Shown: positions 13,410 to 25,420 of the stretch, one piece after another
How the letters are laid out: each line of letters opens with the position of its first letter
How positions within the stretch are numbered: the first letter of the stretch is position 1
NCBI RefSeq assembly: GCF_036321535.1
Contig: NC_087437.1
Coordinates: 115,756,001 to 115,820,000, forward strand
From: Camelus dromedarius
Lineage: Eukaryota
Length of the DNA stretch: 64,000 nucleotides
Direction of reading: 5' to 3'
Program-made: the position numbers and the translations under genes
The notes under the pieces: model-generated
Told to the model about the DNA's origin: nothing
Databases searched by the model: none
What the model saw: only the letters and a program-made list of their open reading frames with translations

Positions 13410-15101
13410 GCGCCTGCATGTCTTTCGGGGACGGTGAGCCCGCCCAGGTTGCTTTCTGGTCACTGCGGAACAGTGAGCACCTGGCTGTCACTGCGAACGC
13501 TGGTGGGAAAGATGCTGTCGCCGGGACGGCTCGGGCTGCACCTCGGGTCCTGGAGTCCCCAGCACCTCCGGGAGGAACTGCTCCTGATCTCTCCTTGGAC
13601 CCGGGATTTGGGAGGGGTGTAATGGGGTGGTGCCTTTAGCCCCGGGATGCCTCAGTCCTTGGCTGCCTCCGCTCTGCCCCACCCTGAGCAGAAGTTTCCA
13701 GCCCCGAGAAGAGGGTGCGTGATAAGAGAGGAAGTCTTGTCCCAGCTCTGTCCCGTGACCCCAAGGAGCTCATGGTGGGCAGGTGGGCTCTAAACTCCCC
13801 AGGGCAGGCCCTGCCCTCTGGTCACCCTTGTACCCCGCTACCAGCCGACACTGGGCACCTGATACATCATTGTGGAACACTGACAAAACATTGTGGAATG
13901 AACGCGATGGACACCCTCAGTGTCCTGTGGAAGGACCTCAGAGGGGCGCCCCCACCGAGGGCTGTGGGCATGCCACATGGTCCTGGGCAGCTGGGGTCAC
14001 GTGAGTGAAGGGGCTGTGCCCAGGGCCGGCCTGTAGGGAGGTGACAAGCGAATGAACAGGACAGTGGGAAAGCAGAGCGGTCGACCTTCCTGCCAGAATA
14101 GTGGTGCTCAGTGGGCAACTTTGTCCACCTGGGGACATGGGCCACTTCTGGAGACACTTTTGATCGTTACAGCTAGGGGAGGTGGGCGCACTACTGGCAC
14201 TTGGAGGGTGGGGGTCAGGGATGCTGCTGCAAGACACCGATGCACAGGATGGCCCCACAGCAAAGAAGCTCCGATGTTAGTGGGGCCAAGGTTGAGGAAC
14301 CACGGGAGAAAGTGGAGGGGCTCTGCCCACATTGTTGGGGTTCTCTGGTCTCACAGTGGCTCTGCATCCCCTTCACGACCTCCACCGTCCCCAGCACGGG
14401 GACCTGAGACCTTATCAGGAGTGACTGCAGTCCTGGTCCAAGTTGACTGTAGGGATCCGGCTCCTGGCCAGGCTGAGGCTATGCAGGGAGCTCTGTCTGT
14501 CCAATGGCAGAAATCCATCATTGGTTCCAGTCCCTCCTCCCAGATGCCAGGATGCCGCGTGCCCACTGCCCTGCTGGCCTTGGACTATTGCCTCTGACTG
14601 CAGGACCAATCCCTCCTGTGGCTTAAGGCAAGCTCCCACCTGCTGCAGCCTGACAGCCCAGGGGCAGGGAGGGGGAGGGCTTCTGAAAACACAGCCTGGG
14701 GACCATGGCTTTTCCATGGCAACAGCTCAGTGCTGGGTCTGCTCCTGTGGCACACTGGGCACACGCGGCCTGTGTCCTACCCAGAGAGCAAGTTGGCCCA
14801 GACAGTTTATTTTCAATCTGTTGGGGAAAAAACAGTATTACTCAAGGGAGCCAAATCTTTGGGTTTGCAAAATACTGGTGCTTTTGTTTGCCCTTTCATT
14901 TCTTCCCCTGTCCCTTCCTTTCTTTCTCCTTCCATTTTGTTGTTGTTTGTATTAAAATTTTATGCTTTGTTTTTCATATGGTTTTATCCTGATTAGGCTA
15001 TTTTCCATAATGTTTTTCTTTAGTAAATTTCTCCAGATTATATAGTTAATCTTATTTTTATTGGAACGTTGTGAGCTATATAATATCAGAAGCTGTGTGT
15101 C

Positions 15102-15322
15102 TCCATTCATCTATCCACCCACCCACCTACCAACTCAACTGTTCATGAATCCAATCATTTATCCAACCCTCATCCATCCATCCATCCATCCATCCATCCA
15201 TCCATCCATCCATCTCCCAACCCAACTACTTATCAACACATTCATCCACTCACCCATCCATCACTTCATCCATCCAACCAGCCAACAACCCATCCATTCA
15301 TCTGTCCATCCATCTACTCATC
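15102..15322. repeat. (CCAT)n/(CCAC)n degenerate tetranucleotide repeat, probably grown from an L2 tail
   Basis: Direct reading; pure (CATC)n at ~15170-15214. Confidence 0.9.
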
Positions 15323-15565
15323 ACACACATTTGGAGTGCCTGCTGTCTGCCTGGCCCACAGACCTTACTCTCACAGAGATATCCTTCCAGTCGAGGGTGT
15401 AAATTCACAAAATGTTAAATGCAATTTGAGTGCTATGTACAAAGTCCTATGGGACCAGAGAGAAGTCGCTGGCTAACTTAGTGGATAGTCAGAACAACCT
15501 CATAGTGGCAGGGCTTATCAGGAAAGCAGGACTTAGTAACTCATTTCTAACTACTAATTAAAAGC

Positions 15566-15935
15566 AGAGGTAATGATGTGTGACTTGAGAGATGAGGTCA
15601 CTAAAGGCACTGAGGCTTTCCCTTTGTCTTCTTTGGACCGCCTGCTTTGGGGAAAACCATCTGCCACCTTGTGAGGACACTCAGGCAGCGTGTAAGGAGA
15701 CTCACAAGGGGAGGAACTGAGGCCTCCAGCCAACAGCCATGTGGATGTGGATCCGCCAGCCCCATCAAGCCCTCAGGAGACTGCAGCCCTGGCTGCGTCT
15801 GCAAGCCCCTGAGAGATCCTGAGCTAGAACCGCCCAGCGAAGCAGTTCCTGATTCTTAACTTACAGAAACATATTTGTTGTTTTCAGCCACTGGGTTTAG
15901 AGGCAGGTTGTTGTGCAGCAACAGAGAACCAGTAC
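15566..15935 (+). mobile_element. MaLR LTR (MLT1F/G-like)
   Basis: GGAGGAACTGAGGCCTCCAGCCAACAGCCATGTG...GACTGCAGCCCTGG...TGTTGTTTTCAGCCACTGGGTTT...GCAGCAACAGAGAACCAGTACA. Confidence 0.75.
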
Positions 15936-15944
15936 AGAAGCTCT

Positions 15945-16105
15945 GTGCCTTCGGACGAGTTAATTAAATCTCCCTCTGCTTCCTCACCCATGTAATTAGG
16001 GTGATAATAATGATGTCTACATTGTAGAGGAGTAAGGATTTTGTGAATTTGTACATACACAAGATTGAGAACAGTGCCTGGCATGCAGTAAGTACTCAGT
16101 CAATG
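15945..16105 (+). mobile_element. MIR SINE fragment
   Basis: TGTAATTAGGGTGATAATAATG...GTAAGGATT...AGAACAGTGCCTGGCATGCAGTAAGTACTCAGT. Confidence 0.6.
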
Positions 16106-17237
16106 CGACTTATTTTTAACTTTATTAGTAGTAATTGCATGAATTTGGGGCAAAGGTGGAAGAGTGGGGAAGAAGGAGAGTTCCTGCTGGGTGAAGGGAA
16201 GGTGGACTCAGCCCTCATCTTAACCAGCTGGTGAGATCTGGCAACCCAAACCCAGCACGAGGGTGAGGGTGTCCACTGGCCAGTGAGGGAGTGAAGGAAG
16301 GGGAGTGAGGTCACTGTGGGAGGACCGTCTGTGCCCAGAGCTCCGTTGGTCTCAGTGCCTTCTCCTGGCTGCCTTATGCAGTGAGCCAGCATGCCGAACT
16401 CACACCCCTCCTAGACTTTGTTGAAAAAACCCTATCTACTGACCGTACAGGGCTTTACCGAACATCCTCATGACTCATTTCTGAAGCAACTGAGAGTTAC
16501 CTGTGGGCATCGGTGCCCAAGGAAGCCCTGAGTCAGCAGAAAGGCCAGTTAACATTGTGACTCCTTTTATTAAAATTCTTGTTTGACTCTAGCTAGATGT
16601 TTGTATATAAATAAATAACCTACAGAGAATCACTTTGTAAAAATTTAAGTCTCAGATACGAAGGCTAGACATGTAGATTCCACTCACTCTTTCTCAAGTG
16701 GCTTCCCCACTGGCCAGGAGCACATATAAACAACAGCTCATGTTCAGTTGCTGTTTACTTATTTTTCTCCCTTTTGGGAGAAAAAGCATATGGAGACTCC
16801 AACTTGGTGTAGGAATTCCTGGGGAAACAAGTCCTCTCGGGACAGATCAGAGTGAAATATGTAACCAAGAACCATGTGTGTGAGGGTGATGGGACTCTGC
16901 TCACCAGAGAGCGGGACCCTGCTCCGATCAGCCGGCGCCCGGCCGAGCCACTGACTAAGGGCACCTGCAGGAAGGCAAGCCAGCGTGCATGGTGACAGCG
17001 TCTCTGCTGGCTTCCCAAACGTTTGGCTGCCGTCAAGGGCCTGCCCGTTTCGGTCCTTGTGACGGGGCTGTTTCTCAGACCTGTGCTTCCCAGGACCCTC
17101 TAGCATGCCCCCCACCCCCAGCTCAGGTTCTGAGACTGCACCAGTCTCCAAGGACAGTCACTGCCCAAGCCACAGCACGGCTGCTCGGCCGATTCTGCGC
17201 CCCACGTGGCTGCCATTGAAACCTGTGGTATCCATAC

Positions 17238-17784
17238 CATGATGGTTAATTGTACGTGTCAACTTGGTGGGGCCACTGGGTGCGCAGATATTTGGTCAAA
17301 TGGTACTCTGGGTGTGTCTGTGAGGGTGTCTCTGGAAAAGGTTCATATTTGAATTGGTGGACTGAGTAAAGCAGAAGGCCCTCCCCAACGTGGGTGGAGC
17401 TCACCCGACCCGTTAAAGGCCTGAATAGAACAAAAAGGTGGAGAAAGAGAGGTTTTGCTTCCTCTGTTTGGTTGTCTTCCAGCTGGGACGTTGGTCTCCT
17501 CCTGCCTCTGCACTTGGACTTGGATTTGGACTTGGACTTGGACTGGACTACACCACTGGCTCTCCCAAGTGTCCAGTTTGGCAACTGCAGATTGCGGGAC
17601 TTCTCAGCCTCCATAGCTATGTGAGCCAGTTCCTTATAATAAATGTCTTTATCTGTCTTCTATCTATCTATGTCCATCTATTAGCTATTACCTGTCTGTC
17701 TGTTTGTCTGTCTGTCTATCTATCTATCATCCACCCATCCCTATCCCACTGGTTCTTTTTCTCCGGAGAGCCCAGACTAACATG
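17238..17784 (+). mobile_element. ERVL LTR (MLT2D-like) with internal (TTGGAC)n and (TCTA/TCTG)n repeats
   Basis: TGATGGTTAATT.TACGTGTCAACTTG...GGACTGAGTAAAGCAGA...GGCCTGAATAGAACAAAAAGGTGGAG...GTGAGCCAGTTCCTTATAATAAAT...GACTAACA. Confidence 0.85.
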
Positions 17785-18980
17785 CCTACTGCACAGAACA
17801 GTGCAGCCACCATCTCCACGACCCTTCCTGGAGCTTTTTCAACCCACACCTCTGAGACCTCAGTGCTCACTGGAGAGTCCATTCTCTCTCTCGAGAGGGG
17901 GACCCACTGCTACTGGAAGATTTCTGCAGAGTTTCCCATCAAGGGCACTGGGGTGAGCAACATGTTGGTTGCAGAGGGAGCTGTGACTCCCTAGGGCTGA
18001 TGGCAAGATTTCTAAGCAATTTCAAGAAATCTCCCTGGTACATATCAAAGAGTAGATTTAGCGCGTAGTCCCATGGCCCCCTCAGAAATAATAATGCCAA
18101 GGCCCAGATTGCCTCTCGTCTCTCTAACTCTCCAGGGGTTGAGTGTTCTCGATGCTTGACTTTTCCTGGCATTTCTTCATTGGAGGCAACAACTTGAGAC
18201 TCTCAAATTAGTGGAGGAATTCCCCAAGGTGTTGGCAGGGGTAATGCAACTGAAGTGAAGGATCATCTAGAAACAGCCAGGTGGTAATTTGATAACTGGC
18301 TAAGTTTCTCTGATTGGGCCCTTCTCTCCATCTTCTGTGGATGGTTCTGTATTGGTTTCGGTCTGAGAGGAGAGTGATGGATGCTTATCAGTGAATTTAG
18401 TGCAGGATCCTGTGTTGCCCTGAGCCGAATATAAACCTGTAATCTGATCAGGAGCTTCTGACAGAAGTCTGTTGGCTTCACTCTGATCTGTCCCTAGAGG
18501 CCCTGCTTCCTTAGGAATGTCTGCACTCAGTCTGATTCTTTATAACCTTTTTTTTTGATTCTAAAAGGAAACACATATAATGTTTTCTCGTCTTGCTGTT
18601 CATTAAACTTTCTCTCTGTGAACGTCTACGTGGCTGGTGAATTATGCGAGTGAAGTCAGCTGGCAACAATGAAAAAGCTAAGAAAACGAAGAGAAGGTAA
18701 AGGGGGGGGGCGGTGGTTTCTGGAAGGCTGGGGCTCTGGGCAGCCGCCTAGGCCCACTGAGCTCACCCACTACGGAGTCCCATGGCTGTCTGTTGATGGT
18801 GACGGCTACCTGCTGCTCTATTTCTTTATTTAGGGGAAAGAGGTCTGGTGTGCCCACATGCTGAGGGACTGCCCTGGGCCTGATGCTTTTCTGTCTTGCT
18901 GGTCCCTTTATTCCACAAATACTATTTGTTTAGATGTCCTTTTAGAGACAGCAGAAGGGGAGGGCTACTCGGAGGGATGG

Positions 18981-19437
18981 TGTGTTAATTTCTTGTGGCT
19001 GCCAAATCTTGTGACAAATCGCCACAAACTGCGTGGCTTAGAACAGCATGTTTTCTCTCTTAGATCTGGAGGCCCGAAGTCTGAGATCCAGGTGTCAGCA
19101 GGGCCGGGCTCCCTCTGCGGGCTCTAGGGGAGGATCCTTCCTGCCTCTTCCAGCTTCTGGTGTCTCCAGATGTTCCTTGGTTTGTGGCCTCATCACTCCC
19201 GTCCCTGCCTCCGTCTTCACATGGCCTTTTCCTCTGTGCCTTCTTCTCTTCTGTCTCCTATAAGGGCACTTGTCACAGGATTTAGGGACCACGTGGGTTA
19301 TCCAGGATGATCACATCTTGGAATTCTTTGCTTAATTACATCTCCGAGGACCCTCTTTCCAATAAGGCCCTATTCAGAGGGACTGGCGCTTAGGGCATAA
19401 ACTCATCTTTTAGGGGGTCACCGATTTACCCCCTACA
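18981..19437 (-). mobile_element. MaLR LTR (MLT1B/C-like)
   Basis: TCTGGAGGCCCGAAGTCTGAGATCCAGGTGTCAGCAGGG...CCTCTTCCAGCTTCTGGT...GACCCTCTTTCCAATAAGG. Confidence 0.8.
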
Positions 19438-20254
19438 GATGGGCTGGTGCCTGAGCAGTGACCCGAGTGGTCTGCTGAGAACTACAGAAGGGCGCCTGTC
19501 TGCCCCTGCAGCCTGCCAGGAAGGTGTTGCAAGCCCAGCAGTTTTCGGGAGCTCTGGAGCGAGCGGGGAGCAGGGGCAGGGATGCTTCATGAAGGAGCAG
19601 ACCCTCGGGAACGGCACTCTCTGGCCGAGTCAGAGCTCCGCCGCCCAGCCCGCCTTTCCAAGTAGATTCAGCTTGCGCCCACCCACTGCGCTCCATCTCT
19701 GGCGTCAAGCGAGGGCAACATTCCTGGAAACATGTGTCCCCTGGATCATATCACCATCCTGATTTATATGATAATTTCTTCTGTTGTGTGTTCCCAGAGG
19801 GAGGAAATCAGCCACAGGACATCGCCAAAAATTCACATAGACGCCCCAACAAGCCTGAAAGAAAAGTCGTATTTGCGGGAAAAGATGGAGCCAGTGTCGC
19901 AGGTGTGGATCCCCCGGGGACAGCCATGGCTTGGACGCCCAGAGACGTGGCAGTCAAGAAAGCCCCATTCCTGGACGGATTTTCAAGGTTCTTGCTTTTT
20001 GAAAAACAGTATTTAAAGAGAGCAGCTTTGATTAAATTCTTCCTCAGGGTTCCCAGAAACCATCATCTTTCTCCTCCCACCTCCCCTCCTCTGCGCCCAT
20101 TGGCTTTGCTGCAGTTCAGTGAATACACTGCAGACCATACTTCTCAGCTGAGGAATCTCGGATGCACTGTCTCTTCAAGGCCTGTTTTCCCAGCTTGGCA
20201 TGCTTATTTGTTGGCAGAAGAGGGAAGGAAATCTCAAAGCCTGATGGGGGTGGT

Positions 20255-20663
20255 AGGAGGTCGGAGTCTGAGATCAAGGTGTCTGCAGTTTGGTCTCTTC
20301 TGAGGGCAGTGATGGACGGTCTTTTGCAAGACCCTCTCCCTTAGCTTCTGCTGGTTTGCTGGCCCTCTCTGGCCTTCCTTGGCTTGGAGATGCACTACAT
20401 CCCCCCACCCCACCCCACCCTGATCGCTGCCTTCACCTTAATATGATGCTCTCAGGGAGCACGTGTCTCTGTCCAAATTTCCCCCTTTATAAGGACAGCA
20501 GCCATATTGGGTTAGGATGAGGGACCTAATCGTACCCCAGTAAGACCTCATTGTAACTAATTACGTCTGCAGTGACCCTGTTTCCAAATAATGCCCCATT
20601 CTTAGGTGCTGGGAGTTAGGACTTTACCTTCTCAGTTTTGGGGGACACAGTTCAACAATAACA
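20255..20663 (-). mobile_element. MaLR LTR (MLT1C-like)
   Basis: GTCTGAGATCAAGGTGTC...CTGTCCAAATTTCCCCCTTTATAAGGACAGCAGCCATATTGG...GGGGACACAGTTCAAC. Confidence 0.8.
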
Positions 20664-20789
20664 ACTGTGAAAGGTCATGTGGGCACAGGCAGCTTAGAGG
20701 AGCTCAGACTGATATTTGAAGCAGTCACTAAAACCAAAAGATCAGGAATATTTACTATCGATTTGTGTTTTCTTCTGCTGAGGATGGTC

Positions 20790-22045
20790 AGGCAAAATCA
20801 CGAAGTATGAGAATTCAAGTGAGCGGAGAAAAGAATGGACTGTTCAGTGGGCAGTGTTAGGACAACCAGGAAGTCATTCAGAGTGAAATGCAAGCGGGCT
20901 CCCAGCTAAGTCCAGCTGGGTCAAAGATCTCAGTCTAAAAGTTAGACTGTTAAAAGGACTATGGGAAAACAAGGCAGTCATTTCATGTTAGTAACATAGG
21001 AATAGGGGCAAGACTAACTCTACTCTTGTGTTCCTGAAAAATGAGCTTGCCTATGGCACAAAACTAGGATCTCATAAGGAAAAATATTGGTAAGTTTCAC
21101 TACATGAAATAAAACCATTATAAAAATATTCAGGCCAAAGGTAAAAGAATAAAAATATCATTAACAAAGAAAGCCATGAGACACAGGACAGACTGTGAAA
21201 CATGCATCTGCATGGCACGTGATGAAGAAAGGGTGAATTTTCTTTGTATAAAACAGGACTTTCCAAATCAAGAAGAAAAAGCTAAAAATCCATTTGAAAA
21301 AAAAAATGGGCAAAGGGCAGAGAAAGCAGCACCAGTAAATATATTAAAAAATGCTCAACTCCACTCTAAGAAATGTAAATGACGCCTCGTTTTCTCTCAC
21401 GCAACCAGCAAAGATCAGTGAGCTGTTTGCCTCCAGTGAGGGTGAACGTCTGTGCGTGCGGCCCGTGCCCCTCTGGAGGGAGGGCTGTGAATCCACGCAA
21501 CCTCTGGGGGGCAATTTGGCAGCATCTTTAAAAGCAAAATATGCATATCCTCTTTTCGCCCATCAATCTTACTTCTGAGATTCTATTTTAGGGAAATCAA
21601 AGAGTTTCCTTGCAGTGTTGTTTGTAATGGAAAAAAATGTAGGAAGCCATCTAAATATTCATCAGCAGAGCACTAGCTATGCAAATGAGCAGACACCCAT
21701 AAAATGGGATATTACTTTGCAGTTTAAAAAGAATATGTTAATACTTACATACATTATATTTTTAGAAAAGCAGTCAACCATGGGCAAAAACGTATGTTTC
21801 CATTTGGGCAACACAATATAAATATGTATTAATGCGTGTGGACATATGCTTGAGTAAGTATGGAACGTATCTGGAAGGCATGCCACGGGCTGTGAGCAGA
21901 TCTCTTCCAGGAGAGGCCCTGGCAAAGAGAGGGTGGGCCGGGGATGTGTTTTTGTTATATATTCTTTTATGCTATTTGAATTTCTTACCACGTGCAACTA
22001 GCACTTTTAAAGTAAAAACATCGAGATGAAAATGAAAAAAAAAAC
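20790..22045 (+). mobile_element. Ancient L1ME 3' region
   Basis: GGCAATTTGGCAGCATCT...TTGCAGTGTTGTTTGTAATGGAAAAAA...CTAAATATTCATCAGCAG; ends in an A-rich tail. Confidence 0.65.
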
Positions 22046-22270
22046 GAGGAAGCAGAAATTGATCCTTCCCTGGCAATCAGATGGCTTTGCTCTGGGCAAC
22101 TCTTAACATGCACAGCTGAGGACAGTGACAGGCAAAATCTAACTGCTTTAGACTGAAGCAAATGAGAGATTCATCACCCAAGTCAAGCTGGCTGTGTGGG
22201 TGGAGGACTGCGGTCGGTGCCTCTCGTCTGGGTGGGAAAGAATGATTATGATTTAAAAAACAGGCCTTGA

Positions 22271-22570
22271 CTCACAGACATAGAAAACAAACTTGTGGTG
22301 ACCAAAGGGGAAAGGGGTGGGGAGGGGCAATTTAGAAGTTTGGGATTAGCAGATACAAACTACTATATACAGCATAGATACACAACAAGGTCTGAAGGCA
22401 TCGCACAGGGGACTGCATTCAATTTCTTGTAATAACCTACAATGAAAAAGAATATGAAAAAGAATCTATGTGTGTGTGCCTGAACCACTATGCTGTGCAC
22501 CAGAACTAATGCAACCTTGTAAATCAACTATATTTCAATTAAAAAAAATCTAAAAACAAACAAACAAACA
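22271..22570 (+). mobile_element. 5'-truncated cetartiodactyl L1 3' end with (CAAA)n tail
   Basis: CTCACAGACATAGAAAACAAACTT...TGTAAATCAACTATATTTCAATTAAAAAAAA. Diverged 14-bp TSD AAAACAGGCCTTGA (22257-22270) / AAACCATGCCTTGA (22571-22584). Confidence 0.85.
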
Positions 22571-24528
22571 AAACCATGCCTTGAACCTGTTTCTCGCTTT
22601 CGATGTCCACAGCCTCCTCTCTTTTGTCACATGATGTTCAGGACACAAGGGTCACAGGCCTCAGACTCCTGCGCGCCCAGGGGCCGGGACACAGACTGGC
22701 TGGGGAGGGAGGGGATGAGTGTGGGGTGGGGAGATTTCGAGGAGGGGGCCCTGTGGGGAAACCCAGAGCATACCCTTCCTGAAGGCAGAAGAATTCAAGC
22801 TCCTAAGAATACTCAGCCAAATAAAGCTCGTTTCTGAAGAATGTGAGGCCCAGGATGGCCATTTGCTGCCACAGTGGGCTGTTCCTCCCTAACACAGAGG
22901 ACCTGTGGCCCCCAGAGGGCAGGGTACCTCCTAGGACCCAAGGCGGCCCCTTCGGACGGAGGGTGTCATCTGCTCACACCGCCCTGGCCCTCAGAAGGGC
23001 TTCCGGAGCAGGCCTGGGTTAGAGCAGGGTGGCAGGAGCATCCTTGCTTGGGACAGCCTGGGCTGGGAACATGTCTACTGGAAGCCAGGAAGGCTAATGG
23101 CTCCTTGGGTCCCAGCCCCTGTATCAGCAATTTGGGATTACACACCGCAGGGTGGACATTCCAGTGCCCGAGTTTTTCCCCTTATTGTAAATACACAAAG
23201 GCTTCTGAGTTGAAGCCAGAAATTCTTCTGCAGTGTGGCAAACACCCCTCTTTCCCTGCAAGCCGACCATGCCGAGTGTAATCTAAATGCATTCTCACAT
23301 CCCCCAGCCATCTTGCTGAAACCTGAAATCCTGTGCTGCCCTGCGACACAGACCTGTCGCAGGAACGGTGCCCAACAGCTGCACGTTTGGGCTCTTTTTC
23401 TTGGCTGTGTAGCTCTGGGCTTTCCTCTCTCGCTGCCAGACCTCACCTCTCTGCTCTCCACATGCTAGCAGGTGCAAACCCATCTCCGCCTTCATTCACC
23501 ACTTCCGGGTCTGCTCTGGTCTGGGAATCCAGTCAACCAGGCTTCTTAGGATTCCTTATTAGAAAAAGAAACATCTTTCTTCCGTACAGCAGAAGAAAGT
23601 GCCTATTTTTACATCCTGTCTTCTGCCTGTCCTCATGTCTGCCTTAGTTACTGTGCTGAACTGCACGAGGTTTAGCCGGTGGACACTGATGTCTCTTGTG
23701 GTTGCATTTCTCTCCTCACTTAGGGTTCTTAGTTGGATTCTGGAATCTAGGTTTATCAAATTGTCAGATAAACAAGTGTCAGGTAATTGCAAAGTCTTTT
23801 GGGGGTTTGATTTAGAGCATATTCAATGATTCTGGATGACTTAAATATTTGTTGCTGTTCACTGAGCCCTACCACCCAAGACAGAAGGCGTCCCTCTCGT
23901 CCGATCGGTGTTAGGTCTGGAACACCTGAATGGGAAATAGAGACATCTCCAGTCTTTATTTAAGCTGATTTTTTCGTAAGGGCTTAGCAGACAGGTTTGT
24001 ATTTTTTTTTTCCTTTCAAGATTATTTTAGAGCCAAGGTGTTCTCCCGTTATCTGAATTACGTGTGACAGAATTCCCACCTCACCTGTCAAGATTCAACC
24101 TACGAAAAAATTGCCATTGAATAAGGAGGATGAGTGCTTTTTCTAACTTGACACTTTTAGAAATTTGAACCATCTGTCATTTTATAGGTGAGTAGAACCT
24201 CTGAGCACTAGAGATATAGAATGATTACACGTCAATAAAAATAAGAATTAAAAAGCAACCTTTTTCCCCCTCGATTGTCTACTATATTTCAGATTCTGTG
24301 CTAAGCTCTTTTATCTCATTCAGTAATCATCAGAACCAAGCCATGCAGGTTATTACCCCTCCCATCAGATAAAAGAACAGGGGATCCAGGTAAACCAGGT
24401 GTCTTAGTCAAGGACAGGGCAAGGTCAAGACGCGAGTGCATGCTCTGATCACAGGTCCACAGCTTTTCGTGGTGAACCTCACCCTCATCCATCAGCCTAA
24501 CGGAGCATGTAATGTAACCCATCACTGG

Positions 24529-25003
24529 TGACAGAGACTCTCCCTGACCCAATCTTAGGCAAACTCCTCTGAGCCCTCTCTTCAATGAGGCCCCTGACCT
24601 TTGGACTTTTGTGTTTGTCTCTGCATCACCCAATTTTAGCAAAATTCCTGCTAAGTTGGTTTAGCCAGAACCCCCATCCCCCGCTCGAAATCTGATCGCC
24701 CTCAATATCTGATCCGATTCCTCGTCCTCACCGCTCCCTAGATGCTGTCTGATCGCTCTGGCCTGCCTTCAGCAGGAATCCTGGTCGGTGGGTTTGGTCA
24801 GAATGGCCCCTTGCCTGGTTGTTAGTGTTTCTCCGCCCACCGATCCCTTCCCCTCAACCGCCTTGGCTGTAAGTCCCTGCTTGTCCCTACTGTATTTGGA
24901 ACTGAGCCCAGTTCTGTGCTGAGATTTCTCCTGTCCCTGTTGTAATAGTTCCTGATTAAAAATCTGCTTTTACTGCTTTAACTGCTCTGGCTTTCCTTTA
25001 ATA
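24529..25003 (+). mobile_element. ERV1-class solo LTR (MER4/MER34-group-like)
   Basis: TGACAGAGAC start; internal repeat (AATTCCTGCTAAGTTGGTTTAGCCAGAA / AATCCTGGTCGGTGGGTTTGGTCAGAA); ATTAAA at ~24955; TSD not clean. Confidence 0.65.
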
Positions 25004-25304
25004 CCAGCAAGGCTCTTCCTGGGATATTGAATTCCGGTGGCCAAACAGTGGGGAAGAGGGACACAGGTGTTGGATAAGATACCTGAGATTATGCATGAAT
25101 GACACCTGGCTATGCTGACACTTGGCTAGAAACCAGACTTGGTTGCTCAGTATTTGCTCTTAGTCCTACAGTTTTAGAAAAGGTGTCTAATAGAGACAGT
25201 GACATAATGGGTGGAAATCTTGGCTAAAATATCAGATTCAAAGACAGCATGCTAGAGGTCAAAGGGGAGTCTTTGTATATATCCTGAACTAATATAACTC
25301 AATT

Positions 25305-25420
25305 GTAGTGAAAATATTATTAAATATATGCATTGTAGGTATACATATGGTGTATATATGTATAATATATAATATTATATATTGCATTATATATGTTATA
25401 ATGTTATATAAAAATTTATA
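25305..25420. repeat. AT-rich (TA) low-complexity tract
   Basis: Direct reading. Confidence 0.7.

Noticed and set aside
17513..17548. SKSKSK / LDLDLD / GLGLGL repeat peptides
   Set aside because: Translation of a (TTGGAC)n hexamer expansion inside an MLT2 LTR.
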